A stretch of 64,000 nt of DNA from an uncultured virus (IMG/VR IMGVR_UViG_2061766007_004183) (Duplodnaviria; Heunggongvirae; Uroviricota; Caudoviricetes), in the IMG/VR virus record IMGVR_UViG_2061766007_004183; one strand, written 5' to 3'. Below the pieces are notes generated by a model. That model saw nothing but the letters and a program-made list of their open reading frames with translations. It was not told the origin of the DNA and made no database searches. Position 1 is the stretch's first letter, and each line of letters begins with the position of its first letter. A program made the translations under genes and the position numbers. Below are positions 37,959 to 46,906 of the stretch, one piece after another.

Positions 37959-40900
37959 ATGATCCCTTCGGTTCTTGCCTCCCGTTTCAGGGACAGTTTG
38001 ATTGAATATATGGATGCGTCGTACCCCGTCACGACGCCGCTTTTCCGTGGAAGTATCCGCAGATTTCTGGATCGGGAAAACAACTTCTTCCATGAGCCGT
38101 ACATATCGGTCAAACTGCCATTCCGCGTAGCCGAGCACGGCAATGAGCGTTTTCGTGCTTTGAATCCGCCCTATGCCCCCCGCGTGCATCAGAACCGGGC
38201 TTACGACCGCCTGTGCGGCACGGATCCCGTCTCCACGTTGGTGGCAACCGGCACAGGCTCCGGCAAAACGGAGTGCTTCCAGTATCCGATCCTGGAATAC
38301 TGCTATGCACATATTGGCGAGCCGGGTATTAAGGCCGTCATTATTTACCCCATGAACGCATTGGCTTCGGATCAGGCTGAGCGCATCGCCAAGCTTATTT
38401 ACCGCAGCGAAGCCTTGCGGGGCAAGGTCACTGTCGGCATGTTCGTGGGTGGTTTCGGCAACAACGCCAGCAAGGTTATGCAGGAGAATGCCGTCATAAC
38501 GGATCATGAGACCATTTTGAACAGCCCGCCGGACATCCTGATGACCAACTATAAGATGCTGGATTATCTGCTTGTGCGGCCCGAAGATGCCCGCCTTTGG
38601 TCCGCAAACGAAACGACCGGTGCGCTTCGGTTTATCGTCGTGGACGAGCTGCATACCTTTGACGGAGCTCAGGGTGCAGATCTCGCCTGCCTGGTCCGCC
38701 GCCTGAAGAGCCGTCTCAATATCCCAAGAGGAGACCTGTGCTGCATCGGCACCTCTGCAACCATGGGCGGCGGAGATTCTGCAGATACGCTGCTTGAGTA
38801 TGCAGAAAAGATTTTCGATGAACCCTTCGAGAATGATGCGGTCATCACGGAAGATCGCCTGACCGGCCATGAGTTTCTGGAGAACGTAGAGATAAACTGC
38901 TATCGGATACCAACTGAAGCTGAAGCAGATATCCTACGAACTTTGGCAGAGAGTGAAGACGAGGAAGGATATCTGGATTGTTCCGTTCGAGTCTGGTTTG
39001 ATGCTGTTGATCGACCAGCAGATTTCTTTTCCTTCGAGGGAAGAGTCGAATTGGCAGACCGGCTGATGCACCACTCATTCTTCCAGAGCCTGATGGGTGT
39101 AATGGACGGGAGAATCCGAACCCCATCAGAGATCATTGCGCAGCTCACACGGGTGTATCCGGAGATGGCCGGACAGGGAGCGGCAGCCATCGTGGACTCG
39201 ATGCTGGCGCTCATCAGCCATGCCCGCACAAAGGATAGTCTTGGAAACCCTGCCCCTTTTCTGCAGGTCCAGATTCAGGTGTGGATGCGGGAGCTGACCC
39301 GTGTCCTTGCAAAGGTGGACGGAGAGCAGTCAGACTTGCTTCTTGAGTCAGACCTGAATCGCAGGATCGCAGAGAAAGCGCATTATCTGCCGATCGTCAA
39401 CTGTCATGATTGCGGGGCAACGGGCTGGAGCGGCTGCGAGGATGAGAGCGGGCGCGTCACGACTCGTGATCTCGGCGCCTTCTATAATCAGTATTTCAGC
39501 GAGGACAAGCACATCCGCATGATTTTCCCGCGGTCTGAGGAGGAGAAGATCGATTCCCGGGAGCATTCACCTTTCCGCTATTGCCCGGATTGTCAGAACA
39601 TCCAGCTGGATCAGGGCTCAAGCAGATGTACTGCCTGCGGAAATGAAACGATCCCGGTCTGGTATATTCGCCCGGATACCAAACGCGGCAACTACCTGTG
39701 TCCATTCTGCGGTGGAGAACACAGTCTAATCTTGGTGGGCCTCCGCAGCGCCACTGCTATCAGTGCAGGCATCTCACGTGTTTACGCTTCCCGTTTCAAT
39801 GACGATAAAAAGCTTTTGGCCTTCAGTGACAACGTCCAGGATGCATCCCATCGTGCCAGCTTTTTCAACGCGCGCACCTGGCGTTCTACTTTCCGCATAG
39901 CCATGCAGCACTTCGTGGAAAACGGTGGCGAAGGGCTGCCTCTCAATCGCTTCGGACAGGCAATGAACGAATACTGGTTGTCCAAAATGGATAACGGTAC
40001 ATATGTCGACACTTTTATTCCCTTCAACATGTCGGACGACCATGCCTACGAAGTGCTGCAGAACACGGGGAAGTTCCCGAATGAAGCGGCAGAAACCGGC
40101 TTGGTGAACGACGTCAAACGCCGCGTTCAATTGGAAACCATTTTGGAATATGGCTGCCGAAGCCACATCGGTCGTACCTTGGAGCGGAGCGGCGCTTCCA
40201 TGGCTGATGTGGATGGAAGGGTGATAGAAGAGATCGCGGCAAACGTACTGCCTCGGATAGAGAATGAAGCTGGTATCCGAGATTTACTGACAAAGGAGAA
40301 GTTGGTAGGCCTTCTCCGCCTGTGGGTAACCCACATGCGGAAAAACGGGGCATTTGCCTTGCCGCTATATAAGAGCTTCGTAGAATCGGGCGGAAACGAC
40401 TATGTGCTTTCTCCCCAGACCATTCCCTGGATGCCGGACGGCTTTATTACGCCGCTATTTGTGGCTGGTTTGAGTGAACGTCGCAGCGGCAATTTTGAAA
40501 TGCTGTCGAGCAAGTGCTGGTATACGATCAAATTCCTGCAGGCTATTGACAAAACCGCCCTGGAGGTTCCGGGATATGCTGATGCGGTCAATCTGATTAT
40601 TGTCGAAGCTGAAAAAGCCGGCCTGCTCGTCCGCATGGCTGGCCCTATGGAAATGCCGGTGTTTGGCCTTAATCCGGAGTATTTCCACATCACGGCATCA
40701 GTCGGTCAGCTGCGATGCTCAAAGTGCGGTCAATTGTTATCCGTTCAGCGGGAAACCTCTGCTGACTGGTTCGGCGTCCCCTGTCATCGTCGAGACTGCG
40801 GTGGTTCCTATGTTTCGATGGAAGAAACTCAGGACGTCAGCTTCCGAATCTACAGCCAGGGCGATCCTGTCCGCATCCATGCCAAAGAACATACCGGCCT

Positions 40901-43900
40901 GCTGAAGAGAGCCGACCGTGAAGCGCTGGAGGCAGCGTTCAAGCACAACAAGGCGGATCATCGCAATTGGGATCCGAATCTGCTTTCCTGTACGCCGACG
41001 CTGGAGATGGGCATCGATATCGGCGATCTCTCATCGGTAGTCCTATGCCAGGTTCCTCCCGGACAAGCGCAGTATACCCAGCGCGTAGGCCGTGCAGGGC
41101 GCAAAGATGGAAACGCCTTCACGGTGACCGTTGCCAGTGCCAGACAGCATGACCTATATTTCTATCAGGAACCCACCGAGATGATTTCTGGTTCAGTTGA
41201 GCCTCCTTCGGTGCTGCTGGATGCGTCTGCTGTACTGGAACGGCAGTTTATGGCCTTTTGCTTTGACTGCTGGATAAAGACCGGTGTCCCGGAAACTGCG
41301 GTGCCGGATGAGATTAAAACGATCCTGAGCCGCGTAGGACGTGCAGGCAAGGATGCAAAAAGCGGAGACGGCTTCCCCTATAGCCTTCTTTCCTATATGC
41401 ACGGCAATCTGGCAAGGCTGGAGCGTCGTTTCGTTTCGATGTTCGGAGAAAGAATAACTGAGGACACTCGACAGCGTTTGCACTCTTTCGTTCTTGGAGA
41501 AGAGGATGAGAATCCAGAGCACAGGCTTCTTGCCCCGTTTGCTACAGCTTATGCGGAACGAAGCCGTCTGCAGGACGATATCAAGAAACTGAAAAAGACC
41601 ATCGCCGATCTGGACAAGCTCCCGAAAGACTCCTCATTTGAAGAGCAAAAGAAAGAACTATACGAAGAGCGCAAAGCGCTCAGCAGCGTTGTGAGCAAGC
41701 TGGACGGGAGGAATACTTTCAACTTCCTGTCCGATGAAGGCGTTTTACCAAACTACGCATTCCCTGAAGCCGGCATTACTCTAAAGGCTGTGCTGACGAG
41801 GAAAAAGCGTCCGGAAGAAGCCAAGAATCCTTATGACACGACCGATAAGGTCACCTATGAGTATATGCGCGGCGCAGCCGTGGCCATTTCGGAGTTTGCG
41901 CCAAATAACTCCTTCTATGCGGCAGGTAGGAAACTGGAAATCAGTCGGATTGACGTGAAGACATCCGAGCCTGAGACCTGGAGGCTGTGCCCCAATTGCA
42001 ATTATGCTGCGCAGGATTCTTCTCTCCACAATACGAGTACCTGCCCTCGCTGCGGTTCTCCAGCTTGGGCGGATACGGATCAGAAATGCACGATGATTCG
42101 TCCGCGGGTCGTTTACTCAGACATGAGATACGAGTCTGCCCGGAGTGGCGATGAGAGTGATGACAGGACTTCCCGGTACTATACGCGGCAGCTTCTTGTG
42201 GATGTGGATGAGGACAAAGACGTTCTTTATGGCTATCGTACTACCGAAGGCGATCTGCCTTTCGGCTACGATTTCGTCAAGAAGGCTACGTTAAGGGAAA
42301 TCAATTTCGGAGAAAGCGACATTATGGGAAAGGCATTCCCGGTCGCAGGCATCAGCCAGCCACGAAAAGGGTTTACCGTTTGCCGGTATTGCGGCACAGT
42401 TCAGCGTGGAACGAAGTATCCTTCCCACGCACCAACTTGCAAAGCCAAGCAGCAAGGAATCAAGGATGCTTTTGACACTTGCATGTTCCTTTACCGGGAG
42501 TTCACGTCTGAAGCTGTTCGAATTCTGATTCCCGCCATCAAGATGGAAGATGCAGTGAAAGTTGAGTCTTTTGCAGCTGCCATCATGCTCGGTCTAAAAA
42601 AGAAATTCGGCAGCGTGGACCATCTTCGGTTCACCGTCATTGATGTTCCTGAACAGAATTCCGAAGTTCGCAAGTCATATATGGTCATCTATGATTCAGT
42701 ACCTGGCGGGACGGGTTATCTAAAGCAGTTAACTGCCGATGAGAATGCCATGATGGACCTGTTCCAACTTGCCCTTGAAGGCATGGAAAACTGTTCTTGT
42801 GCATCAGATTCGGATAAGGACGGCTGCTATCACTGTGTTTACGGTTACCGTCAATCCAACCATATCAATCAGATTTCCCGTCGAGTTGCCGTCGAGATGC
42901 TTAAGCAGATACTGAGCGGTCGGAAGTCAATGGAGAAGATCCCGAACATCCGACAGATTTCGGTAAACACCTTGCTTGACAGTCTCCTGGAAGCAAAGTT
43001 CCTGGAAGCACTCTCAATCGCGAAGATCAATGGGAATGCGATAGAGATGAACAAGGCTGTCGTGGGAGGAAAAGAAGGGTATACGCTGACAATCGGTGAT
43101 AATCAATGGCGGCTGGAGCTCCAGGTACCATTGTCCAGCGAACAGGGCGTTATGGTTTCCTCCAAACCGGACTTTGTGTTCTGGCCGCAGCGCAATCGTA
43201 ATCGGTTGCCGGTGGCAGTATTTACTGATGGAAAAGCCTATCATCTTGACATTGCCGGTGAAGATGTTGAAAAGCGCATGGCGATCAGGGAAGGCCTTGG
43301 CTGGTCGGTTTGGTCTCTCACATGGCAGGACGTAATGGAAAAGTTTGACCGAAAGGAAGAATCCACTGCCAAGGAGGTCCTTTCACCCACAAGGTTGCCC
43401 TCCGCAGATTTGACTGAGCAGATCCTTCAAAAGCATCATCTGAGCAGCTTTAGCTTGAAATCCTCCTTTGATCTGCTCCTTGATTATCTTGCGGCTCCTG
43501 ATGACCAGACCTTCCGTACCAGCGCCTCTGCAGCTGTTCTCGGAATGCTGAAGCTGAAGGAATCCGGAAGCGATGCCTACATGGCAGAATGGCTCAAAGG
43601 CTATCATGCGTTGCCGGAATTGAGATGGACAGTACCCACTCCGGTTTTCAAAAAAGCTTTGATTGGTATTTTCGAACCCGTTCCTGGCCTTCGTGCGTAT
43701 GCTTGCCTGCCGGCTGACGGCGTAAAGGGTGCCAAAGACGCTGAGGGGAAACCGGTCCGTATCTATGACGAGACTAAGATAACGATAGTTGTCATCCTCG
43801 ATGATCAGTTGCCGGAAAAGGACTTGATTCCCGCTTGGAGAGGCTTCCTTTACATCGGCAATATCCTTCAGTTTGTTCCCAAATCCCTTCTAGCTGCAAA

Positions 43901-44246
43901 CAGCGGATTGGCTGCCAACAGGTATGAGAAACTGATAGATGACGGCCCGGTGCCATCCGATGTAGTTACGATTGATCCCAAATGGAAAGATATTGTTGAG
44001 GGGCTCTTCGATCAGGATGTAATTGAATTGGCAAAAAAGCTTCGTGACAATGGGATCCCAGCTCCGACTGAAGGGCTCTATTCAGAAGACGATGATTCTC
44101 CGATGTCTGAATTCCAATGGGAAGAAAAGAAGGTGCTTGTTCAGACAGCAGAAGAATCTACCTACAAGGATTATCTTCTTAAACAAGGGTGGAAGGTTTT
44201 TGGCCCGGACTATGACAGTGTTTCCGCTGCACTGAAGGAGGAATAA
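37959..44246 (+). CDS. YprA/DrmAB-like DEAH helicase with Zn fingers, DUF1998 and C-terminal PD-(D/E)xK-like domain
   Basis: TGTGSGKT, YPMNAL, DELH, SAT, TPTLEMGIDIG, QRVGRAGR, YDSVPGGTGY, CSC...GCYHC, KPDF...VFTDG..YH. Confidence 0.9.
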   Translation: MIPSVLASRFRDSLIEYMDASYPVTTPLFRGSIRRFLDRENNFFHEPYISVKLPFRVAEHGNERFRALNPPYAPRVHQNRAYDRLCGTDPVSTLVATGTGSGKTECFQYPILEYCYAHIGEPGIKAVIIYPMNALASDQAERIAKLIYRSEALRGKVTVGMFVGGFGNNASKVMQENAVITDHETILNSPPDILMTNYKMLDYLLVRPEDARLWSANETTGALRFIVVDELHTFDGAQGADLACLVRRLKSRLNIPRGDLCCIGTSATMGGGDSADTLLEYAEKIFDEPFENDAVITEDRLTGHEFLENVEINCYRIPTEAEADILRTLAESEDEEGYLDCSVRVWFDAVDRPADFFSFEGRVELADRLMHHSFFQSLMGVMDGRIRTPSEIIAQLTRVYPEMAGQGAAAIVDSMLALISHARTKDSLGNPAPFLQVQIQVWMRELTRVLAKVDGEQSDLLLESDLNRRIAEKAHYLPIVNCHDCGATGWSGCEDESGRVTTRDLGAFYNQYFSEDKHIRMIFPRSEEEKIDSREHSPFRYCPDCQNIQLDQGSSRCTACGNETIPVWYIRPDTKRGNYLCPFCGGEHSLILVGLRSATAISAGISRVYASRFNDDKKLLAFSDNVQDASHRASFFNARTWRSTFRIAMQHFVENGGEGLPLNRFGQAMNEYWLSKMDNGTYVDTFIPFNMSDDHAYEVLQNTGKFPNEAAETGLVNDVKRRVQLETILEYGCRSHIGRTLERSGASMADVDGRVIEEIAANVLPRIENEAGIRDLLTKEKLVGLLRLWVTHMRKNGAFALPLYKSFVESGGNDYVLSPQTIPWMPDGFITPLFVAGLSERRSGNFEMLSSKCWYTIKFLQAIDKTALEVPGYADAVNLIIVEAEKAGLLVRMAGPMEMPVFGLNPEYFHITASVGQLRCSKCGQLLSVQRETSADWFGVPCHRRDCGGSYVSMEETQDVSFRIYSQGDPVRIHAKEHTGLLKRADREALEAAFKHNKADHRNWDPNLLSCTPTLEMGIDIGDLSSVVLCQVPPGQAQYTQRVGRAGRKDGNAFTVTVASARQHDLYFYQEPTEMISGSVEPPSVLLDASAVLERQFMAFCFDCWIKTGVPETAVPDEIKTILSRVGRAGKDAKSGDGFPYSLLSYMHGNLARLERRFVSMFGERITEDTRQRLHSFVLGEEDENPEHRLLAPFATAYAERSRLQDDIKKLKKTIADLDKLPKDSSFEEQKKELYEERKALSSVVSKLDGRNTFNFLSDEGVLPNYAFPEAGITLKAVLTRKKRPEEAKNPYDTTDKVTYEYMRGAAVAISEFAPNNSFYAAGRKLEISRIDVKTSEPETWRLCPNCNYAAQDSSLHNTSTCPRCGSPAWADTDQKCTMIRPRVVYSDMRYESARSGDESDDRTSRYYTRQLLVDVDEDKDVLYGYRTTEGDLPFGYDFVKKATLREINFGESDIMGKAFPVAGISQPRKGFTVCRYCGTVQRGTKYPSHAPTCKAKQQGIKDAFDTCMFLYREFTSEAVRILIPAIKMEDAVKVESFAAAIMLGLKKKFGSVDHLRFTVIDVPEQNSEVRKSYMVIYDSVPGGTGYLKQLTADENAMMDLFQLALEGMENCSCASDSDKDGCYHCVYGYRQSNHINQISRRVAVEMLKQILSGRKSMEKIPNIRQISVNTLLDSLLEAKFLEALSIAKINGNAIEMNKAVVGGKEGYTLTIGDNQWRLELQVPLSSEQGVMVSSKPDFVFWPQRNRNRLPVAVFTDGKAYHLDIAGEDVEKRMAIREGLGWSVWSLTWQDVMEKFDRKEESTAKEVLSPTRLPSADLTEQILQKHHLSSFSLKSSFDLLLDYLAAPDDQTFRTSASAAVLGMLKLKESGSDAYMAEWLKGYHALPELRWTVPTPVFKKALIGIFEPVPGLRAYACLPADGVKGAKDAEGKPVRIYDETKITIVVILDDQLPEKDLIPAWRGFLYIGNILQFVPKSLLAANSGLAANRYEKLIDDGPVPSDVVTIDPKWKDIVEGLFDQDVIELAKKLRDNGIPAPTEGLYSEDDDSPMSEFQWEEKKVLVQTAEESTYKDYLLKQGWKVFGPDYDSVSAALKEE

Positions 44247-44249
44247 GCA

Positions 44250-46346
44250 ATGCAAAAAGCGACTGTTGCAATTTCCCAAGATTTCTTCAATTCCTTCGCT
44301 GCGCTTCCCAAGAATAAACAGAACAAGGTAATGGAGTTTCTATCCAAGTTTCGTTCCAATCCTGAAGCGAAGGGTTTCAACTATGAGAAGATTAAGCAGG
44401 CATCTGATCCGAACATGCGCTCGGTCAGGATTGACGATACCTATCGTGCTATTCTGATTCATGAGGATAGCGCAAACGTGTATCTCCTTTTGTGGGTAGA
44501 TCATCACGACGAGGCCTATGAATGGGCAGCAAAGAAGCGGTGCGTCCTGAACCATACGACTGGCAGCATTCAGGTCTATGAAGCGCAAGCGATGACCGAA
44601 GCTCAGGAAGATGCTTCCTTGCAGGAAGAAACACCCCTCTTTGAAGCGGTTGCTGACGATCTGCTCGGAAAGCTCGGTGTGCCAGATGATCTTATGGCAT
44701 ATGTCCGCACTTTGACGGAGTCGAACTTCGCCAGCGCAAAAAAGATGCTCCCAAGAGACGCATATGAAGCTCTCGATTACGTCAGGGTTGGCCTTGACCC
44801 GAAAGAAGTAATCTCTGAGTTGTATGGAGAAACAACTGCTGAAAACTCCGGTAATATGGCATCCGCTCTTCAGAATCCGATCACAAAGATGCAGTTTTAT
44901 GTGGCTGAAGGTGAAGAGGATCTGAAAGCCATGATGAATGCACCTCTCGAAATGTGGCGCGTTTATCTTCATCCGTCTCAGCGAAGAATCGTTACTAAGG
45001 ACTATAGCGGGCCAGCCCGGATTTTGGGTGGAGCCGGCACTGGAAAGACCGTCGTTGCCATGCATCGGGCTAAGGAGTTGGCTTCACATTGCTTAGGCAA
45101 CGAAAAAATCCTGTTTACCACGTTCACCGAAAACCTGGCTGCGGATATTCAAGATAACCTTCGCAAAATATGTACTCCAGATGTGATGAAGCATATTGAA
45201 GTAGTTCACCTTGATCAATGGGTGAACCGTTATCTACGTGCCCACGAATATCCGTATTCGATTGTTTATGGAGAGCAGATCGATGATATGTGGAAGAAAG
45301 CTGTTGCCTTGACCGGGGAAGACTTCGATCTTCCGGATGATTTCTTCCAAGAAGAATGGGAAGCAGTTGTCCAGGCACAAAACATTCAGAGTTTGTCAGA
45401 GTATGCTATGGCTGCTCGGCCTGGTCGTGGGATCCGCCTTGACAGGAAGCGCCGCATGCTTGTCTGGAAAGTGTTTGAAGAGTATCGTGCAATAATGGAT
45501 GCAGAAAAAGTATGTGATTCTGCTTGCGCGATGAATGAGTGTGCACAGTTGATTACATCCGGCCCAGAAGTCCGTTTGTATTCTTCTGTCATCGTGGATG
45601 AAGGTCAGGATTTCGGTTCGAGTGCCTATAGGTTACTCCGCGCAATCGCGGGAAGTGAACACCCAAATGACCTGTTCATCGTTGGTGATGCGCACCAGAG
45701 AATTTATAAGAATAAGGTGATTCTCTCCCGGTGCGGAATCAATGTCAGAGGCCGTTCGGGAAAACTGCGCATGAATTACCGTACCACGGAAGAAATACGT
45801 CGACGGGCTATGAATGTTCTGACAGGTCTGTCCTTTGATGACCTTGATGACGGAAACGACGATGGGAAGGGGTACATTTCCGTAAGCCACGGCGATCAGC
45901 CAACCATTATGACCTATTCCTCACAGGATCAAGAAGCTGCGGAACTCATTGAAACGATCAAAGAGCAAACCGAAGCAGGATTAGACCCTCGAGAAATCTG
46001 CGTTGTTGCGAGAACGAATGCACTGATTGATGACTATAAGAAGTACTTGCTCTCCGCAGGGATAGATTGTTTTGAAGTCAAGCGTAAGCAGGCAGATGAC
46101 CGAGGCCGAATGGGCGTTCGGTTGGCGACCATGCATCGTGTCAAGGGGCTGGAATTCACACTGGTGTTTATAGTCGCAGCGAACAAGAACTATGTTCCGT
46201 TGAAATCCGCAGTGAACAGAGCAGATCCCACAGAGCGAGAAGCGGCTGTGAACAGAGAGCGATGCTTGCTGTATGTTGCGATGACACGAGCCAAGAAGAT
46301 GGTCAGGATCTCGTCGTATGGTAGTGTTTCTGACTTTCTTGGATAA
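44250..46346 (+). CDS. UvrD-like SF1 helicase with N-terminal RelE/ParE-like domain
   Basis: GGAGTGKT, DEGQD, GDAHQRIY, NYR, KGLEF, LLYVAMTRA. N-terminus ...MRSVRIDDTYRAI...LLWVDHHDEAY resembles the RelE fold. Confidence 0.88.
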   Translation: MQKATVAISQDFFNSFAALPKNKQNKVMEFLSKFRSNPEAKGFNYEKIKQASDPNMRSVRIDDTYRAILIHEDSANVYLLLWVDHHDEAYEWAAKKRCVLNHTTGSIQVYEAQAMTEAQEDASLQEETPLFEAVADDLLGKLGVPDDLMAYVRTLTESNFASAKKMLPRDAYEALDYVRVGLDPKEVISELYGETTAENSGNMASALQNPITKMQFYVAEGEEDLKAMMNAPLEMWRVYLHPSQRRIVTKDYSGPARILGGAGTGKTVVAMHRAKELASHCLGNEKILFTTFTENLAADIQDNLRKICTPDVMKHIEVVHLDQWVNRYLRAHEYPYSIVYGEQIDDMWKKAVALTGEDFDLPDDFFQEEWEAVVQAQNIQSLSEYAMAARPGRGIRLDRKRRMLVWKVFEEYRAIMDAEKVCDSACAMNECAQLITSGPEVRLYSSVIVDEGQDFGSSAYRLLRAIAGSEHPNDLFIVGDAHQRIYKNKVILSRCGINVRGRSGKLRMNYRTTEEIRRRAMNVLTGLSFDDLDDGNDDGKGYISVSHGDQPTIMTYSSQDQEAAELIETIKEQTEAGLDPREICVVARTNALIDDYKKYLLSAGIDCFEVKRKQADDRGRMGVRLATMHRVKGLEFTLVFIVAANKNYVPLKSAVNRADPTEREAAVNRERCLLYVAMTRAKKMVRISSYGSVSDFLG

Positions 46347-46420
46347 GCCAATAAGCGACACGTCATTGAGCGTAAGTACAAAGCCAGCCAAAAAGCTTTT
46401 CATCGTGCGGTTTTGAGACG

Positions 46421-46807
46421 ATGAGCCCGGAGGGAAAAATGACAATACTTGATGAAAACGGCATTCGAGCGGCGTTTGCCGAACACCTTATGAAGTACAG
46501 AGATTACTCGGAAGCTGAAGTCGCTGAAGCTGTTTCGGATTTTCCTGACCGATACGGTCTTCCGTATCTTGATGAAGAGTATATCGGGGAGGAGATTATC
46601 GATGGCGTTGAGTACGAGAAGAATGCATGTATTACGGATTTCCTGAGATGCGGTATTGAGGGAATCCCGGCTTTTAAATTCTATTCGTTCTATGCGGTCG
46701 AGGATATCCCGAACCACTTGGTAAGCGAGTATATGGCAGCACGGAAGCTCTATCAGGCAGACGACTTGTATGAGGGCGATTTTCCTTCGATAGACGTGCT
46801 GGAATAG
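46421..46807 (+). CDS. small acidic hypothetical protein
   Basis: 128-aa ORF; alternative start at 46439 behind GGAGGG. Confidence 0.6.
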   Translation: MSPEGKMTILDENGIRAAFAEHLMKYRDYSEAEVAEAVSDFPDRYGLPYLDEEYIGEEIIDGVEYEKNACITDFLRCGIEGIPAFKFYSFYAVEDIPNHLVSEYMAARKLYQADDLYEGDFPSIDVLE

Positions 46808-46906
46808 TATCTGTGCTATTCTCATTCACCGTTAATCAGACCTCAGCAGTCTACTCTGGACGTCCCAATTCAAGGATTGAGCTAGACAAGGAACCGGGGG
46901 CAGGAT

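Noticed and set aside
27201..44246. Canonical DISARM class 1, BREX or Druantia call
   Set aside because: No separate DrmB, no PLD nuclease DrmC, no PglZ or BrxC, and no recognisable Druantia partner genes; only the related core is supported.
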